Source of the DNA: an archaeon
GTDB lineage: Archaea > Iainarchaeota > Iainarchaeia > Iainarchaeales > JAAZKV01
Reading direction: 5' to 3'
Assembly: GCA_041664905.1 (NCBI GenBank)
Contig: JBAYJX010000001.1
Location: 3,063-67,062, forward strand
DNA length: 64,000 nt
The notes below the pieces were generated by a model, which had not been told where the DNA came from, ran no database searches, and saw only the letters and a list, made by a program, of their open reading frames with translations. Below, piece by piece: positions 39,407-49,609 of the stretch. Within the stretch, counting starts at the first letter, position 1, and each line of letters opens with the position of its first letter. The position numbers and the translations under genes were made by a program.

Positions 39407-40108
39407 ATGCTAATTAATCAAGAAGGCAATTTAATGACTATAAACCCAAGTGCCCCACGAAGAAACCTAAAAGAAGTTGCTAGACTCTTACAAGAACACG
39501 ACCAAAAAGTAGGACTCTCCGCAAGAGCACACGAACTTGCAAGGCAAAGAGGACTTTTTACTGATTCAATGACAGCAAGTGCCGGAAGAACACTTTCTTA
39601 TTATTCTGGAGCAATTGAACAAATGTCAAACCGCTTAGGAAAATTTAGTGGAAAACACTTTTTACACATTGCTTCATCAACTGGAGTACTTGGAAAATTT
39701 TTGGAGAATATGCGAGCTACAGCAGTAAATTTAGATTCTGACAAAGTATACTCACAAATCGCAAAAAAATTAGGAAACCAAAACTCAGTTAGGGCAGATG
39801 CCACAAGGCCACTGCCATTTGCTTCAAACTCTTTTAATTGCCTAATAACAGACCACTTTGTATTTGCAAAATACAAACTAATTGATATGCACCCAGAACA
39901 CGAGGGAAGTCAAGCTGTTCTAAAAGAAGCTGCAAGGGTTTTACGCCCTGACGGAATCTTTGTAATAAATGCAGTTGATTACAAACTTCCCTTAGAAGAT
40001 TTAATTCAAATAAGCTCAAAGTACTTTAAAAAAGTCGAACCCTACGCTTACGTCCAAGACAAAATATTTATTCCTGGACTTGTTCTTTCTTTACCTAAAA
40101 AAGAATAA
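39407..40108 (+). CDS. class I SAM-dependent methyltransferase (type 11-like)
   Basis: It has HFLHIASSTGVLG (motif I-like), ADATRPLPFASNSFNCLI and LRPDGIFVIN. Confidence 0.55.
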   Translation: MLINQEGNLMTINPSAPRRNLKEVARLLQEHDQKVGLSARAHELARQRGLFTDSMTASAGRTLSYYSGAIEQMSNRLGKFSGKHFLHIASSTGVLGKFLENMRATAVNLDSDKVYSQIAKKLGNQNSVRADATRPLPFASNSFNCLITDHFVFAKYKLIDMHPEHEGSQAVLKEAARVLRPDGIFVINAVDYKLPLEDLIQISSKYFKKVEPYAYVQDKIFIPGLVLSLPKKE

Positions 40109-40192
40109 CCCCAAATCAGTCAAAAAATCCAAAAAAACCCGCCTAAAGGCAAGTTTTAATACCCTGACTTATATTAATTATTTAATATACGG

Positions 40193-40582
40193 GTGAGTAG
40201 AATAGCAAACTTTAATTCACAAAAAAGAAAAAACCAAATGAAGTACCAGAAATCTGCTGGACAGCCTAGTGCACCAACTGAAACACAAGTTGAAGGGTAC
40301 ACAAGAATGCGTTTACCTAATCCTAAAGAACTTGAACAATTTGCAGTTGTAACCCAATTAATGGGCTCAAACCAAATAAAAGCACTTTGTGAAGATGGCG
40401 AAGAAAAGCAATTTAGAATCCCTGGAAAATTACTAAAAAAGGTTTGGATAAGAGAAAATGATGTTATTATTATCAGATTATGGGACTTTCAGCCAAGCAA
40501 AGGCGATGTAATTTGGCGCTACTTAGGAAACCAAGTTGAATGGCTAAAAAGAAATGGAAAACTAAGAAACTTGCCATTCTAA
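40193..40582 (+). CDS. aif1A: translation initiation factor 1A
   Basis: The S1-like OB core (FAVVTQLMGSNQIKALCEDGEEKQFRIPGKLLKKVWIRENDVIIIRLWDFQ) matches eIF1A. The true start may be the internal Met at about 40244. Confidence 0.8.
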   Translation: MSRIANFNSQKRKNQMKYQKSAGQPSAPTETQVEGYTRMRLPNPKELEQFAVVTQLMGSNQIKALCEDGEEKQFRIPGKLLKKVWIRENDVIIIRLWDFQPSKGDVIWRYLGNQVEWLKRNGKLRNLPF

Positions 40583-40637
40583 AGTTATTATTCCTTTACA
40601 CAAAACTGTTAAAAGAACAAAGATTTAACTTATTCTT

Positions 40638-41486
40638 ATGAAACCAAAAGAATTACCTTCTGAATCGAATGATGAGTTTCCAAAAGAAAAACTTGTTAAA
40701 GAAGAAAAATTAATCAAAGATGAGAACACACGAAGCGTATTCAACAAAGTCTTTGATAAAGCAACTCTTACTGCAGTAATGGAACTCGCTAGAAAAAAAT
40801 TCTTTGAAGAACTGGAGTTTATTATTTCAACCGGAAAAGAAGGACACGTATTTAGATGTGTATCCGGCAAAAACTATTATGCCCTAAAAATATTCAAAGT
40901 AGATACCTCTGATTTTAGACACATGACAGAATACATTATCGGAGATGAAAGATTCAAAGATGTTAGAAAAGATAAACTAGAAATAGTAAAACTTTGGACA
41001 AAAAAAGAATACCGAAATCTTGAAGATTTTACACGCGCAAAAATAAGAGTACCTCTGCCTATTGCATGGAACAGAAACTGCTTACTAATGGAATTCATTG
41101 GACAAAACGGTGAACCTGCCCCACGCGTAAAAGACAAAGCTTTTAGTGACCCAGAAAAACAATATGAAATACTAGTTGAGTACTTAGCACGAATGATTAA
41201 TGCAAGATTAGTTCACTCAGATTTAAGCGAATACAATATGCTCAACAACGAAGAAGAACTTGTAATAATTGATGTTGGACAAGCAGTAACCACAATGCAC
41301 CCAAACGCAAAAATGTTTTTTGAAAGAGATATACAAAACTTGAGCAAATACTTTTCAAAATGCGGAGTAAAAACAGATTATGATACAATGTACTCTTCAG
41401 TAAAAACTCTCGCTGACAAAATGAAAAAAGACAGAGAAGACAAACAAGGAAAGAAAAAGGCTGATAAAAAACATGCAGACAATTAA
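40638..41486 (+). CDS. rio1: RIO-type serine/threonine protein kinase (Rio1-like)
   Basis: It has STGKEGHVF, LVHSDLSEYNML and IIDVGQAV motifs, and the conserved position beside aIF1A and the KH protein. Confidence 0.85.
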   Translation: MKPKELPSESNDEFPKEKLVKEEKLIKDENTRSVFNKVFDKATLTAVMELARKKFFEELEFIISTGKEGHVFRCVSGKNYYALKIFKVDTSDFRHMTEYIIGDERFKDVRKDKLEIVKLWTKKEYRNLEDFTRAKIRVPLPIAWNRNCLLMEFIGQNGEPAPRVKDKAFSDPEKQYEILVEYLARMINARLVHSDLSEYNMLNNEEELVIIDVGQAVTTMHPNAKMFFERDIQNLSKYFSKCGVKTDYDTMYSSVKTLADKMKKDREDKQGKKKADKKHADN

Positions 41487-41520
41487 CAAAATTTATTGGA
41501 TAGTGCATCCTGCATACGCA

Positions 41521-42109
41521 ATGGCTGCAGCAGGAAGTAATATTCGTAGAAAACCTGAAGAAGTTGAAGCATTCATAAAACAAAATTGTCCCAGTAATTC
41601 TTCGTGCACAACATGAACCTGATTCAATAGTTGTTCTACTAAGATCCACTTTTGGAATACCTGCCCAAGATAAAAAATACTTAAACTATGTCCATGGGGA
41701 GTATGTAAAAAATGGATTTACCAATGGACAAGAAAAAAGAGCATACAAAGCAGAAAGAGAATTAAGTAAACTAATACGAAGAGTACTTAGAACGAGAAAT
41801 ATAATTTTAACTACAAAAAGAGTTAATGATGCGGAGTCCGCAAGAATAGCCGCAATAGAACTCAAACTAAAATTAGCACAAAAAGGAATAACTGTATCCC
41901 CACGCGCAGAAATGGAATCCTACGGAAGTTGGTGGGAAGTATGCGCAACAAGATTTCCCGAAACAGCATATGAAAAATTAGGGTTAAGAGGAAGACTCAG
42001 AATACCCGAAAGCGGATCAATTAGATACCCCGTAGGTTTAAACCCTCCAAAGGAAAGCAGAGTTAAAAGAATTTATACAAAACACTTAGTTCAAAGAGGC
42101 AAACACTAA
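41521..42109 (+). pseudogene. interrupted/frameshifted gene of unknown function (or gene with non-canonical start)
   Basis: An ATG at 41521 opens a 33-codon frame ending at a TGA. From about 41575 the +1 frame is stop-free for about 178 codons to 42109, with no ATG/GTG/TTG until 41912. The junction lies in an A-rich homopolymer (aaaacaaaatt). Confidence 0.35.
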
Positions 42110-42196
42110 ACTAATTTCCAATGGATAAAATCCAAAAACAAGCCAAAGCATTTATTTAAAACCTTCGAATTACCTAATATTTACACAAGTGATGAA

Positions 42197-42715
42197 ATGG
42201 AAGAAATAATTAGAATACCTGAAGAACGAATAGGAGTGCTAATTGGGCCTAGCGGAGCCGTTAAGAAAAAAATTGCAAAACTCACTAAATGCAATATTGA
42301 GGTTAACTCTGAAGACGGAGAAGTAACTGTTGATGGGGAAGGCGAAAAATACTTTCAAGCAATTGACGCAGTAAAAGCAATTGCAAGAGGGTTTTCTCCC
42401 GAACGCGCATTCACAGTATTCAAAGACGATTTTATGCTAAAGATAATTGATATTACTGAATTTGCTGGAAAAAACCCTTCAAATCAAAAAGCAAAAAAGG
42501 GAAGAGTAATCGGAAAAGAAGGAAAAGCTCGCGCAGAGATTGAGAAAAAAACTCATTGCTTAATTTCGGTGTATGGAAAAACAGTAGCAATTATCGGACT
42601 TGCAAGCGAAGTAGAGGGAGCAATAAAAGCAGTTGAAATGCTACTTGAAGGCGCAAAACACGAAACAATGGAAAACTTTCTTGATGGCGGAAGAAAAAGC
42701 CGTTTCGAACTATAA
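42197..42715 (+). CDS. KH-domain RNA-binding protein (archaeal Dim2/Pno1-like)
   Basis: It has two KH GxxG motifs (IGPSGAVKKKI; IGKEGKARAEI). This is the classic aIF1A-Rio1-KH neighbourhood. Confidence 0.75.
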   Translation: MEEIIRIPEERIGVLIGPSGAVKKKIAKLTKCNIEVNSEDGEVTVDGEGEKYFQAIDAVKAIARGFSPERAFTVFKDDFMLKIIDITEFAGKNPSNQKAKKGRVIGKEGKARAEIEKKTHCLISVYGKTVAIIGLASEVEGAIKAVEMLLEGAKHETMENFLDGGRKSRFEL

Positions 42716-42810
42716 AACCCCCAAAAAAACTTAATTTACCCTAAAAAATCGGGGATTGGGAATATAAATCTTTTGGGTTTTGTTATTAGCATAAGAAAAC
42801 CTTATTTCGT

Positions 42811-44544
42811 TTGGTGAGCAGATTGGCTGATGAAAAAAAAACACAAAAAGAAGAGACTTCTGTAAAAAGTGGTTTATCGGCTTCAGAAATTAATCTTGAA
42901 AAAGAATTCAAAGAACACTCAGTTGCTGAGTTCTTTAAGAAAAACAAGCAAATGATTGGATTATATGGAAAAGTAAGAACACTCACAATGGTAGTACACG
43001 AATACGTAACTAATTCTCTTGATGCCTGCGAAGAAACAGGAATTTTACCAAACATTGATGTTAAGATTGATGAACTTGGAGAAGAATACTACGAAGTAAC
43101 AGTAACTGATAATGGTCCGGGTGTATCACAAGAAAATGTTGGAAAAGCATTTGGAAAACTTTTGGCAGGAACAAAATTCCACCGAATGATGCAATCACGT
43201 GGACAACAAGGAATTGGAGCTGCTGGATGCACAATGCTCTCACAAACAACAACCGGAAAACCAACAAAAATAATTACAGGAAAATCAAGCGGAAAAGCAA
43301 TAGCACTAGAACTAACAATTGACCCGAAAATGAACGAAGCAAAAATCCAAAACTTAAAAGAACTTGACAAAGAATTCCACGGAACAAGCGTACAAGCAAA
43401 ATTCAAAGGAGTATTATACAGAGATAGCGATCAAGGAGCTTTAGAATACTTAAAAAGAACAGCAATTGCAAACCCACACGCACAAATCTCACTAAGAGAT
43501 CCAATGGGACAAAAATTTGTTTTCAAAAGAACACACAATGTCTTGCCTGAAAGACCAGTTGAAATAAAACCACACCCAAAAGGAACTACAGTTGATGATG
43601 TATTATCTTATTGTAAATCAACAAAAGGAAGAACAGTTGCATCATTCCTCTCAAACGATTTTGACAGAATGGGTGCAAAAGGAATTGAAGAAATTAAAAA
43701 AAGAGTACACTTTGACATGAACAAAGATCCAAAGACTCTAACTTGGGAAGAAGCAGAAGCAATTGTTAAAGCATTCAAATCAATTGATTTCATCGCACCA
43801 ACAACAGATGCACTAAGACCAATTGGAGAAGAACAAATAAAAAAATCACTCCAAAGCATAGTGCAACCAGAATTCCTAACTGTTTTAACAAGAAAACCTG
43901 CAGTATACGCAGGAGGATTTCCTTTCCAAGTAGAAATTGCAATTGCTTACGGCGGAAACGCAGGAAAGAAAACCGGAGACCAAACCTCAATGGATATAAT
44001 GAGATTTGCAAACAGAGTACCACTTTTATTTGATGCAGGAAACTGTGCACTAACAAAAGCAATTCAAACAGTTGACTGGAAAAGATATGATATAAAAGAT
44101 CCTGAGAATTCCCCAGTAACAGTATTTGTTAACTTTATCTCAGTACACATACCATACACAGGCGCAGGAAAACAAGCAATAGCTGATGAAGAAGAAGTTT
44201 TAGAAGAAATTAGACTTGCTTTAATGCAAACAGGAAGAAAAGCAGGAATTTACATAGCACACAAAAGAAGAGAAGGCGAAAACCAACAAAAAAGATTAAT
44301 GTTTTACAAATACATTCCAGAAGTGTGTAGAGCTTTAAGTACAATAACAAAAGCAAATGAAGATTCTTTGAAAAAGAACATGGAAAAAATGGTACTTGCA
44401 AGACTAAGCATTGATGAAAAGAAAGATGAAGAAGAGAGAAAACAAACAGAAAAAACTCTCGCAGCTGATGAAAACAGTTTTATTACAAAACCAAAAGAAG
44501 AGAAAAAAGCAAAAGAGGATAAAGAAGTAAAAGCTAAGAAATGA
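42811..44544 (+). CDS. top6B: DNA topoisomerase VI subunit B
   Basis: It has a GHKL ATPase (VTDNGPGV, GQQGIGAAG), a transducer domain and a K/E-rich C-terminal tail. Confidence 0.9.
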   Translation: MVSRLADEKKTQKEETSVKSGLSASEINLEKEFKEHSVAEFFKKNKQMIGLYGKVRTLTMVVHEYVTNSLDACEETGILPNIDVKIDELGEEYYEVTVTDNGPGVSQENVGKAFGKLLAGTKFHRMMQSRGQQGIGAAGCTMLSQTTTGKPTKIITGKSSGKAIALELTIDPKMNEAKIQNLKELDKEFHGTSVQAKFKGVLYRDSDQGALEYLKRTAIANPHAQISLRDPMGQKFVFKRTHNVLPERPVEIKPHPKGTTVDDVLSYCKSTKGRTVASFLSNDFDRMGAKGIEEIKKRVHFDMNKDPKTLTWEEAEAIVKAFKSIDFIAPTTDALRPIGEEQIKKSLQSIVQPEFLTVLTRKPAVYAGGFPFQVEIAIAYGGNAGKKTGDQTSMDIMRFANRVPLLFDAGNCALTKAIQTVDWKRYDIKDPENSPVTVFVNFISVHIPYTGAGKQAIADEEEVLEEIRLALMQTGRKAGIYIAHKRREGENQQKRLMFYKYIPEVCRALSTITKANEDSLKKNMEKMVLARLSIDEKKDEEERKQTEKTLAADENSFITKPKEEKKAKEDKEVKAKK

Positions 44545-44568
44545 ATTAAATTTGAGAGTGGATAAATA

Positions 44569-45705
44569 ATGGCAGAAAAAGAACGAGGAAAATCAAAAAC
44601 AGTTGAAAAAGTTTCTCCAAAAGAGATAGCTGACAGAATAAAGGCAACAGCACAATCCATGGTAGGGCAAATCGAAAAACAACAAGACCCAGAATTCACT
44701 ACAATGCAAAGAGGAAAAAGCAATGTTATTTGGGATGAGAAAAAAGGATACTTAGAACTAGGAGAAAAAGAAATAACTAGAACTTTTTTGAATATTGCAC
44801 ATGCTCGAAAATTCATGCAAACAGCAATGATAATGGCAAAAACGCGCGAATATTTAGAACACAACAAGACCGCTTCTATTCGTGAAATTTACTACGAATT
44901 AAAACACACAGTAGCTGACACAAAAGAAAACACTTTTGATGGACAAGATGAATCAGATCCAATCATAGTTGATATCGAACACTCAGTTGACACAATCAGA
45001 GAAAAACTAAACTTACACGCAAATCCAAAAGGAACACTCTACGGAGATATTACTTTGCTTGATCGAATGCACCACAACGATAAATTCAACGCATCAAAAC
45101 TAGGGAGAGGCGGATGGAGCATAATGTCAAGAGTAGAACCGGAAGAAATTGAAATAGTTGATTCTAACGCAGAATACTTACTAGTATGCGAAACAGAAGC
45201 TATATTTGAAAGACTTATTGAAGAAAATTATCCAAAACAAAATAAGTGTATTCTAATCGGAACTGGAGGACAAGCTGCAAGAGGAGCAAGAAGACTAATT
45301 CACAGAGTACACCATGAACTAGATTTACCAACAATTGTTTTCACAGACGGGGATCCATACGGATGGTATATTTACTCAGTAATAAAACAAGGCTCAATGG
45401 CTCTTGCAGCACACTCAGAATTCATGTCCGTTCCAGATGCAAAGTATGTTGGAATGACAATTGATGATGTTAAAGAATACAAACTAGAAGCCGTAACAGA
45501 AAGAATGACTGACGGGGATGTAAAAAGAGCAAAAGAAATGCTTGCTTATCCGTGGTTTCAGAACAAAGAATGGCAAGAACAACTAAAAAAAGCAATTGAC
45601 CAAAAAATCAGAATCGAGCAACAAGCTCTAGCAAACAAAAGACTTGACTTTGTTGCAACACACTACTTACCTGAAAAAATTAAGAACAAAGTATTCTTAC
45701 CTTAA
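44569..45705 (+). CDS. top6A: DNA topoisomerase VI subunit A (Spo11-like)
   Basis: It has a winged-helix domain with a catalytic Tyr region and a Toprim domain (LLVCETEAIF ... DGDPYG). Confidence 0.9.
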   Translation: MAEKERGKSKTVEKVSPKEIADRIKATAQSMVGQIEKQQDPEFTTMQRGKSNVIWDEKKGYLELGEKEITRTFLNIAHARKFMQTAMIMAKTREYLEHNKTASIREIYYELKHTVADTKENTFDGQDESDPIIVDIEHSVDTIREKLNLHANPKGTLYGDITLLDRMHHNDKFNASKLGRGGWSIMSRVEPEEIEIVDSNAEYLLVCETEAIFERLIEENYPKQNKCILIGTGGQAARGARRLIHRVHHELDLPTIVFTDGDPYGWYIYSVIKQGSMALAAHSEFMSVPDAKYVGMTIDDVKEYKLEAVTERMTDGDVKRAKEMLAYPWFQNKEWQEQLKKAIDQKIRIEQQALANKRLDFVATHYLPEKIKNKVFLP

Positions 45706-45706
45706 A

Positions 45707-46165
45707 CTAAATTCTTTTAGGCTGATTCGAAGCAGTTCTTCTTAAAACCGGTTTAGCAGAACCATTTGTTTCTCTACTAGCAATAAATTCCTTAAGAACC
45801 TCGCTAGCAAAAGCTTTTTCTCCACCAAACTTTTTTTGAAGCAAATTAAGCGAAACAGGAACCTCTCTTCGAGCCATACTCTTCAAAAATTTAATCATGG
45901 CCCTCTTTCTCTCCACCCTACGTTTAGCAACCGCAACAATGTTTTGGCGAGTTCTAAAAAGCAAATGATTCTTATCAGAAATATTATTTGCGCGCACTTC
46001 TTCCAAAAGCACATTCTTAACAGTCGTTTTACTAATCCCAAAATGGGTTCCTATTGCTCTAAGCGAAGGAAACTTCCGTGCATTAGTAAAAGCCTTTATT
46101 AGCTCAATTTTTGTTGCTCCAGAAAGCGGAGCAAACACACCATTACTAACTCTTTTTTGCATCAA
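45707..46165 (-). CDS. small HTH DNA-binding protein
   Basis: 152 aa. LRAIGTHFGISKTTVKNVL is a helix-turn-helix. It overlaps the upstream Mre11-like gene by 4 nt. Confidence 0.4.
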   Translation of the reverse strand: MMQKRVSNGVFAPLSGATKIELIKAFTNARKFPSLRAIGTHFGISKTTVKNVLLEEVRANNISDKNHLLFRTRQNIVAVAKRRVERKRAMIKFLKSMARREVPVSLNLLQKKFGGEKAFASEVLKEFIASRETNGSAKPVLRRTASNQPKRI

Positions 46166-47376
46166 ACCACCTTTTGAGCATTAATTAAAACACTCTCTGC
46201 TTTCTCATTTTCGCCAATAGAAAGCAAATCAAACAATCGCCTAGTATCAAACTCCTTTAAACCAGCCTCATCAACATTCTTTTCTAATAAATCAATTCCA
46301 AAATCTGTTACACTCTTTTTTTCTAAATGCGCTGCTTTAAGAGACTCAATTTTCTTTTCAAAAGAATCAACTGACAAGTTCTTTGAAACTGAAAAAATTG
46401 CATTATTTGGCAAAACAATTGATACATCACTTTGAGTAAAACCTTTTGCGAGAGTACCACAAATCTTTAACCGCACCAAAGGTTTAGTTTCAAAAGTTGC
46501 ACTTGATAAGCACTCATTTATTTTGGCATTCACTGTCGCAACAACCTCTTCAGGCAACGCATTCTTAAAATCAAATTTTGCATAAAACAATTTTCTCTGA
46601 TTCTTAAAAGGAATAAATTCAAGCTTCTTACTTTTTGTATCAAACAAAAAAACTCCTTTCTCTCTTTGGGATTCAAGGTGCTTCATTTGGGTAAAAATAC
46701 TTGAACCGGCTAGAAGAAACTTTTTTTCTCCAATTACTTGCTCATCCTTCCAATGCAAGTGACCATCAACAATCAAATCAAAACCATCGGGCAAATCGCT
46801 TAATGAAAGAGTTGCAATCATTTCATCATCGTCAAATGGAAGAAATTCTTTGAAGGATTGATGAAGCAAAAGAAGGTTAGTTGAATTTTGAATTGGTTTT
46901 GGAGAATATTTTTCTAAGGCATCTTTTGCATGTTTCTCAGGAACTCCCCCCATTCCGTGGATAAAAACTTTTTCCCCATTCTTTTCAAGTCCAATACTTC
47001 CAGCGTGCAAGTGAACCAAACAATTAGCTTCCTCTAGAATTGCAATCGCGTTAGTAAAATCCTTTCCCCTAAATTCGTGGGTACCATGAATAGCAATAAT
47101 TGGAATCCCCTTAACGCAAACTTCACTCGACCCACTTAATTGACACTTCTGTAAAGTTGAGTACTTACTGTTATTTTCATTAAAACACTCAAAAGTTTTC
47201 TTCCACACTTCTTGCTCAGGAACTGCACTGTCAAACAAATCCCCCGCATGGAGCAAATAGTCCGCATTCCTTTCCTTAAAAATCCTAATAGATTCCTTAA
47301 ATCTAGCAAAAGCTTCTTCAAAACGGTCATCAGAACCAAAACCCAAATGCGAATCAGAAAAAATGCCTAGCAACAT
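46162..47376 (-). CDS. mre11: Mre11-like DNA repair metallophosphoesterase
   Basis: The phosphoesterase motifs are in order: DSHLG, AGDLFD, HGTHEF and VDGHLHW. No Rad50 gene is adjacent. Confidence 0.6.
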   Translation of the reverse strand: MLLGIFSDSHLGFGSDDRFEEAFARFKESIRIFKERNADYLLHAGDLFDSAVPEQEVWKKTFECFNENNSKYSTLQKCQLSGSSEVCVKGIPIIAIHGTHEFRGKDFTNAIAILEEANCLVHLHAGSIGLEKNGEKVFIHGMGGVPEKHAKDALEKYSPKPIQNSTNLLLLHQSFKEFLPFDDDEMIATLSLSDLPDGFDLIVDGHLHWKDEQVIGEKKFLLAGSSIFTQMKHLESQREKGVFLFDTKSKKLEFIPFKNQRKLFYAKFDFKNALPEEVVATVNAKINECLSSATFETKPLVRLKICGTLAKGFTQSDVSIVLPNNAIFSVSKNLSVDSFEKKIESLKAAHLEKKSVTDFGIDLLEKNVDEAGLKEFDTRRLFDLLSIGENEKAESVLINAQKVV

Positions 47377-47423
47377 GAAAAAATATTGCTGAAAAGAATT
47401 TAAATTACCAGCAGAAGCAATAG

Positions 47424-48263
47424 TTAAAACAAAAGCGGAGCAAACACTTTAACCCCAACTAATTTAGAATCCATTTCTGCTTGTGTTAGAGTGCTTGCTG
47501 TAGAGAAAAAAGCCTTAATGTCTTCAAGCGCATAAAACTCACTAGCTTCTTTAACTGAATGAGTTTTTAGTTCTTTAAAACAATTAAATTCAGCTAATTC
47601 ATCCAAATTAGGGATTTTCTTTTCATCCGAGACAATTGCTAAAGTACAACCAGTTTTGAGTAAATTCTTTCCTAGAGCTACTAAATCAGTTTTCTTTGAT
47701 TCCTTCGTTATTAGTAACGCTGCTCTTCCTTGAACCCCTGTAGGCATTCCACTCGCACCTTTAATTGGGGCAAAGTAAAAGTAAGCTTTGGTTTCAAACG
47801 CAATACAAAACACTTCGTGAACCGGATCTTTTAATTTTACTTTAAGCTTTGGGTACGCTTCTAAAAGTTTTCCGCCAAACTCCATTTCAAGTTCCTTTGA
47901 ACCAAATGCTTTTGAGAAACTCTTACCCCTAACCGCAAAAGCCCCTTCTTCTACATGGCCCTTGCACAACTCAACACCCCTAACACACAAATCATTTAGG
48001 TCAGAATAATTTTCTACTCTTGAAAGAAACAACACACTAATTCCAAAACAACTTTTTAGAGAAGAAATTACTTTCTCTGGTTCAGTAGAATGAACAACCA
48101 TTCGCCCAGCAATATTCACTACTCTATCCACTTGTACATTAAAATGCTCAAAATAAAGACGCATGTTTTTTATCAAACGCTTCTCCATAAAAGCTCTAAC
48201 AATCGGCCCCTTAATCACAATCTCTGGAAAAGGCAATAACACAACACAATTTGGCTCAAACAT
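47424..48263 (-). CDS. THUMP-domain protein resembling the ThiI N-terminal half with a degenerate PP-loop
   Basis: 279 aa. LLPFPEIVIKGPIVRAF...NMRLYF...HSTEPEKVISSLKSCFGIS aligns to the ThiI NFLD/THUMP region. At the position of the PP-loop (G.GGLPVG..GK..LLSGGIDS) it instead reads GASGMPTGVQGRAALLITKESKK. Confidence 0.55.
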   Translation of the reverse strand: MFEPNCVVLLPFPEIVIKGPIVRAFMEKRLIKNMRLYFEHFNVQVDRVVNIAGRMVVHSTEPEKVISSLKSCFGISVLFLSRVENYSDLNDLCVRGVELCKGHVEEGAFAVRGKSFSKAFGSKELEMEFGGKLLEAYPKLKVKLKDPVHEVFCIAFETKAYFYFAPIKGASGMPTGVQGRAALLITKESKKTDLVALGKNLLKTGCTLAIVSDEKKIPNLDELAEFNCFKELKTHSVKEASEFYALEDIKAFFSTASTLTQAEMDSKLVGVKVFAPLLF

Positions 48264-48351
48264 AAATACCCTATAAAAAAATAGAATTAAAAAGGAAAAA
48301 GAATAACAAAGCCCTTAAAAAAATGGGGGTAATAACCCCCAAAAATTTATC

Positions 48352-49497
48352 CTAATTTTTTGCAACCACTTTTCCATTTTCAAGTCTGTATGCTTGTTCA
48401 GGTATTTTGCTTGCGCGTGTTTGATTAAAGTTAACTTCTCCAGTTGTTCCCCAGAAATTAACTCCTAAGAGAGCAGTTCTGATTTCTAAAACATTTTTGT
48501 TCTTTACTACCCCAAGCGCTTTTGCTATTGCTTTTACTGTATCATATGTAGGATAGGTTGCTAAATCAAGTATTGGAAGTCTTTGTTTTTCTTCTAGAAA
48601 ACTTTTATTAAATTCTTTTGTTTCGGCTCTATTTGCATCCGCACTCCAAAAAGCAAATATTGTTCCATTAGCTGCCCCCTTTGATGCTTCAACAAGGGAT
48701 GGACTTGTTATTGTGGCAGTTGTAATAAATTGCCCGCTAAATCCAAGTTCTCTTGCTTGTCTCATAGCTACTCCAGTTTCATCATAACCCAACAATATTA
48801 ATGAGTCTACTTTCTCGAATTTCATTTTTTCAATTATTGTTTTAAAATCTAATACCCCCGGAGAATAACTTTCAGAAACTATTTTTCCACTAAATTTTTG
48901 ACTTACCCACTCTTTTATTTGAGGCATAAACTGATCCCCGATGAAATAAATAATTCCTGCACTATTACCCTGTTTTTTAGCTTCACTTGAAAGTACATTT
49001 GCTATGCTTTCAGAATCTGTGGCAAGGCAAAACACATTCTCATTTAGTGCTGAGATTAAACTACTACAATCCAGAGGATCAATTAGTATTACCCCATCTT
49101 TTTGTGCTTGTTTTGCAAGCGCAAATATTCCGCTATAAGTATTTACAAGCACTATTTTTGCTCCGTCAATTTGAGTGATTTTTTGGTAAGCTGAAATGGT
49201 TTTTGTAGAAACATATTGATCATCTTCTGTTATGAGTTTTAGTTTCTTTCCATTTATTCCCCCACCAGAATTTATTTCTTTAACAGCTATTTCTGCGGCA
49301 GTAATACTATCCATTCCAAGTACTGCGCTAGGCCCTGTTAGAGGGCCAATCCAGCCAATTGAAATTGTTTCATCGCTTGTTACTTGGGCAAAGAGGGCCG
49401 TGTTCTGATAAGCAATTGCCCCAATAGAAAAAATTAAGACAAATGCAATTAACCCAACAATTAATTTCATTTTATTTTCACCCATAAAATCACCCAT
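48352..49497 (-). CDS. ABC transporter substrate-binding protein (Liv/branched-chain amino acid type, PBP1 fold)
   Basis: It has an N-terminal TM/signal anchor followed by IGWIGPLTGPSAVLGMDSITAAEIAVKEINSGGGINGKKLKL, typical of the LivJ/K family. Confidence 0.7.
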   Translation of the reverse strand: MGDFMGENKMKLIVGLIAFVLIFSIGAIAYQNTALFAQVTSDETISIGWIGPLTGPSAVLGMDSITAAEIAVKEINSGGGINGKKLKLITEDDQYVSTKTISAYQKITQIDGAKIVLVNTYSGIFALAKQAQKDGVILIDPLDCSSLISALNENVFCLATDSESIANVLSSEAKKQGNSAGIIYFIGDQFMPQIKEWVSQKFSGKIVSESYSPGVLDFKTIIEKMKFEKVDSLILLGYDETGVAMRQARELGFSGQFITTATITSPSLVEASKGAANGTIFAFWSADANRAETKEFNKSFLEEKQRLPILDLATYPTYDTVKAIAKALGVVKNKNVLEIRTALLGVNFWGTTGEVNFNQTRASKIPEQAYRLENGKVVAKN

Positions 49498-49609
49498 TAA
49501 CTTTGTTTCGTTTCAAAGTTAACCAAGTACCTTCTGTCACCCCCCATTATTATATTTAGGGGTTCTTGTACAAGACGACTTTATATTACTTTTGAGACAC
49601 TAGCTTAGT

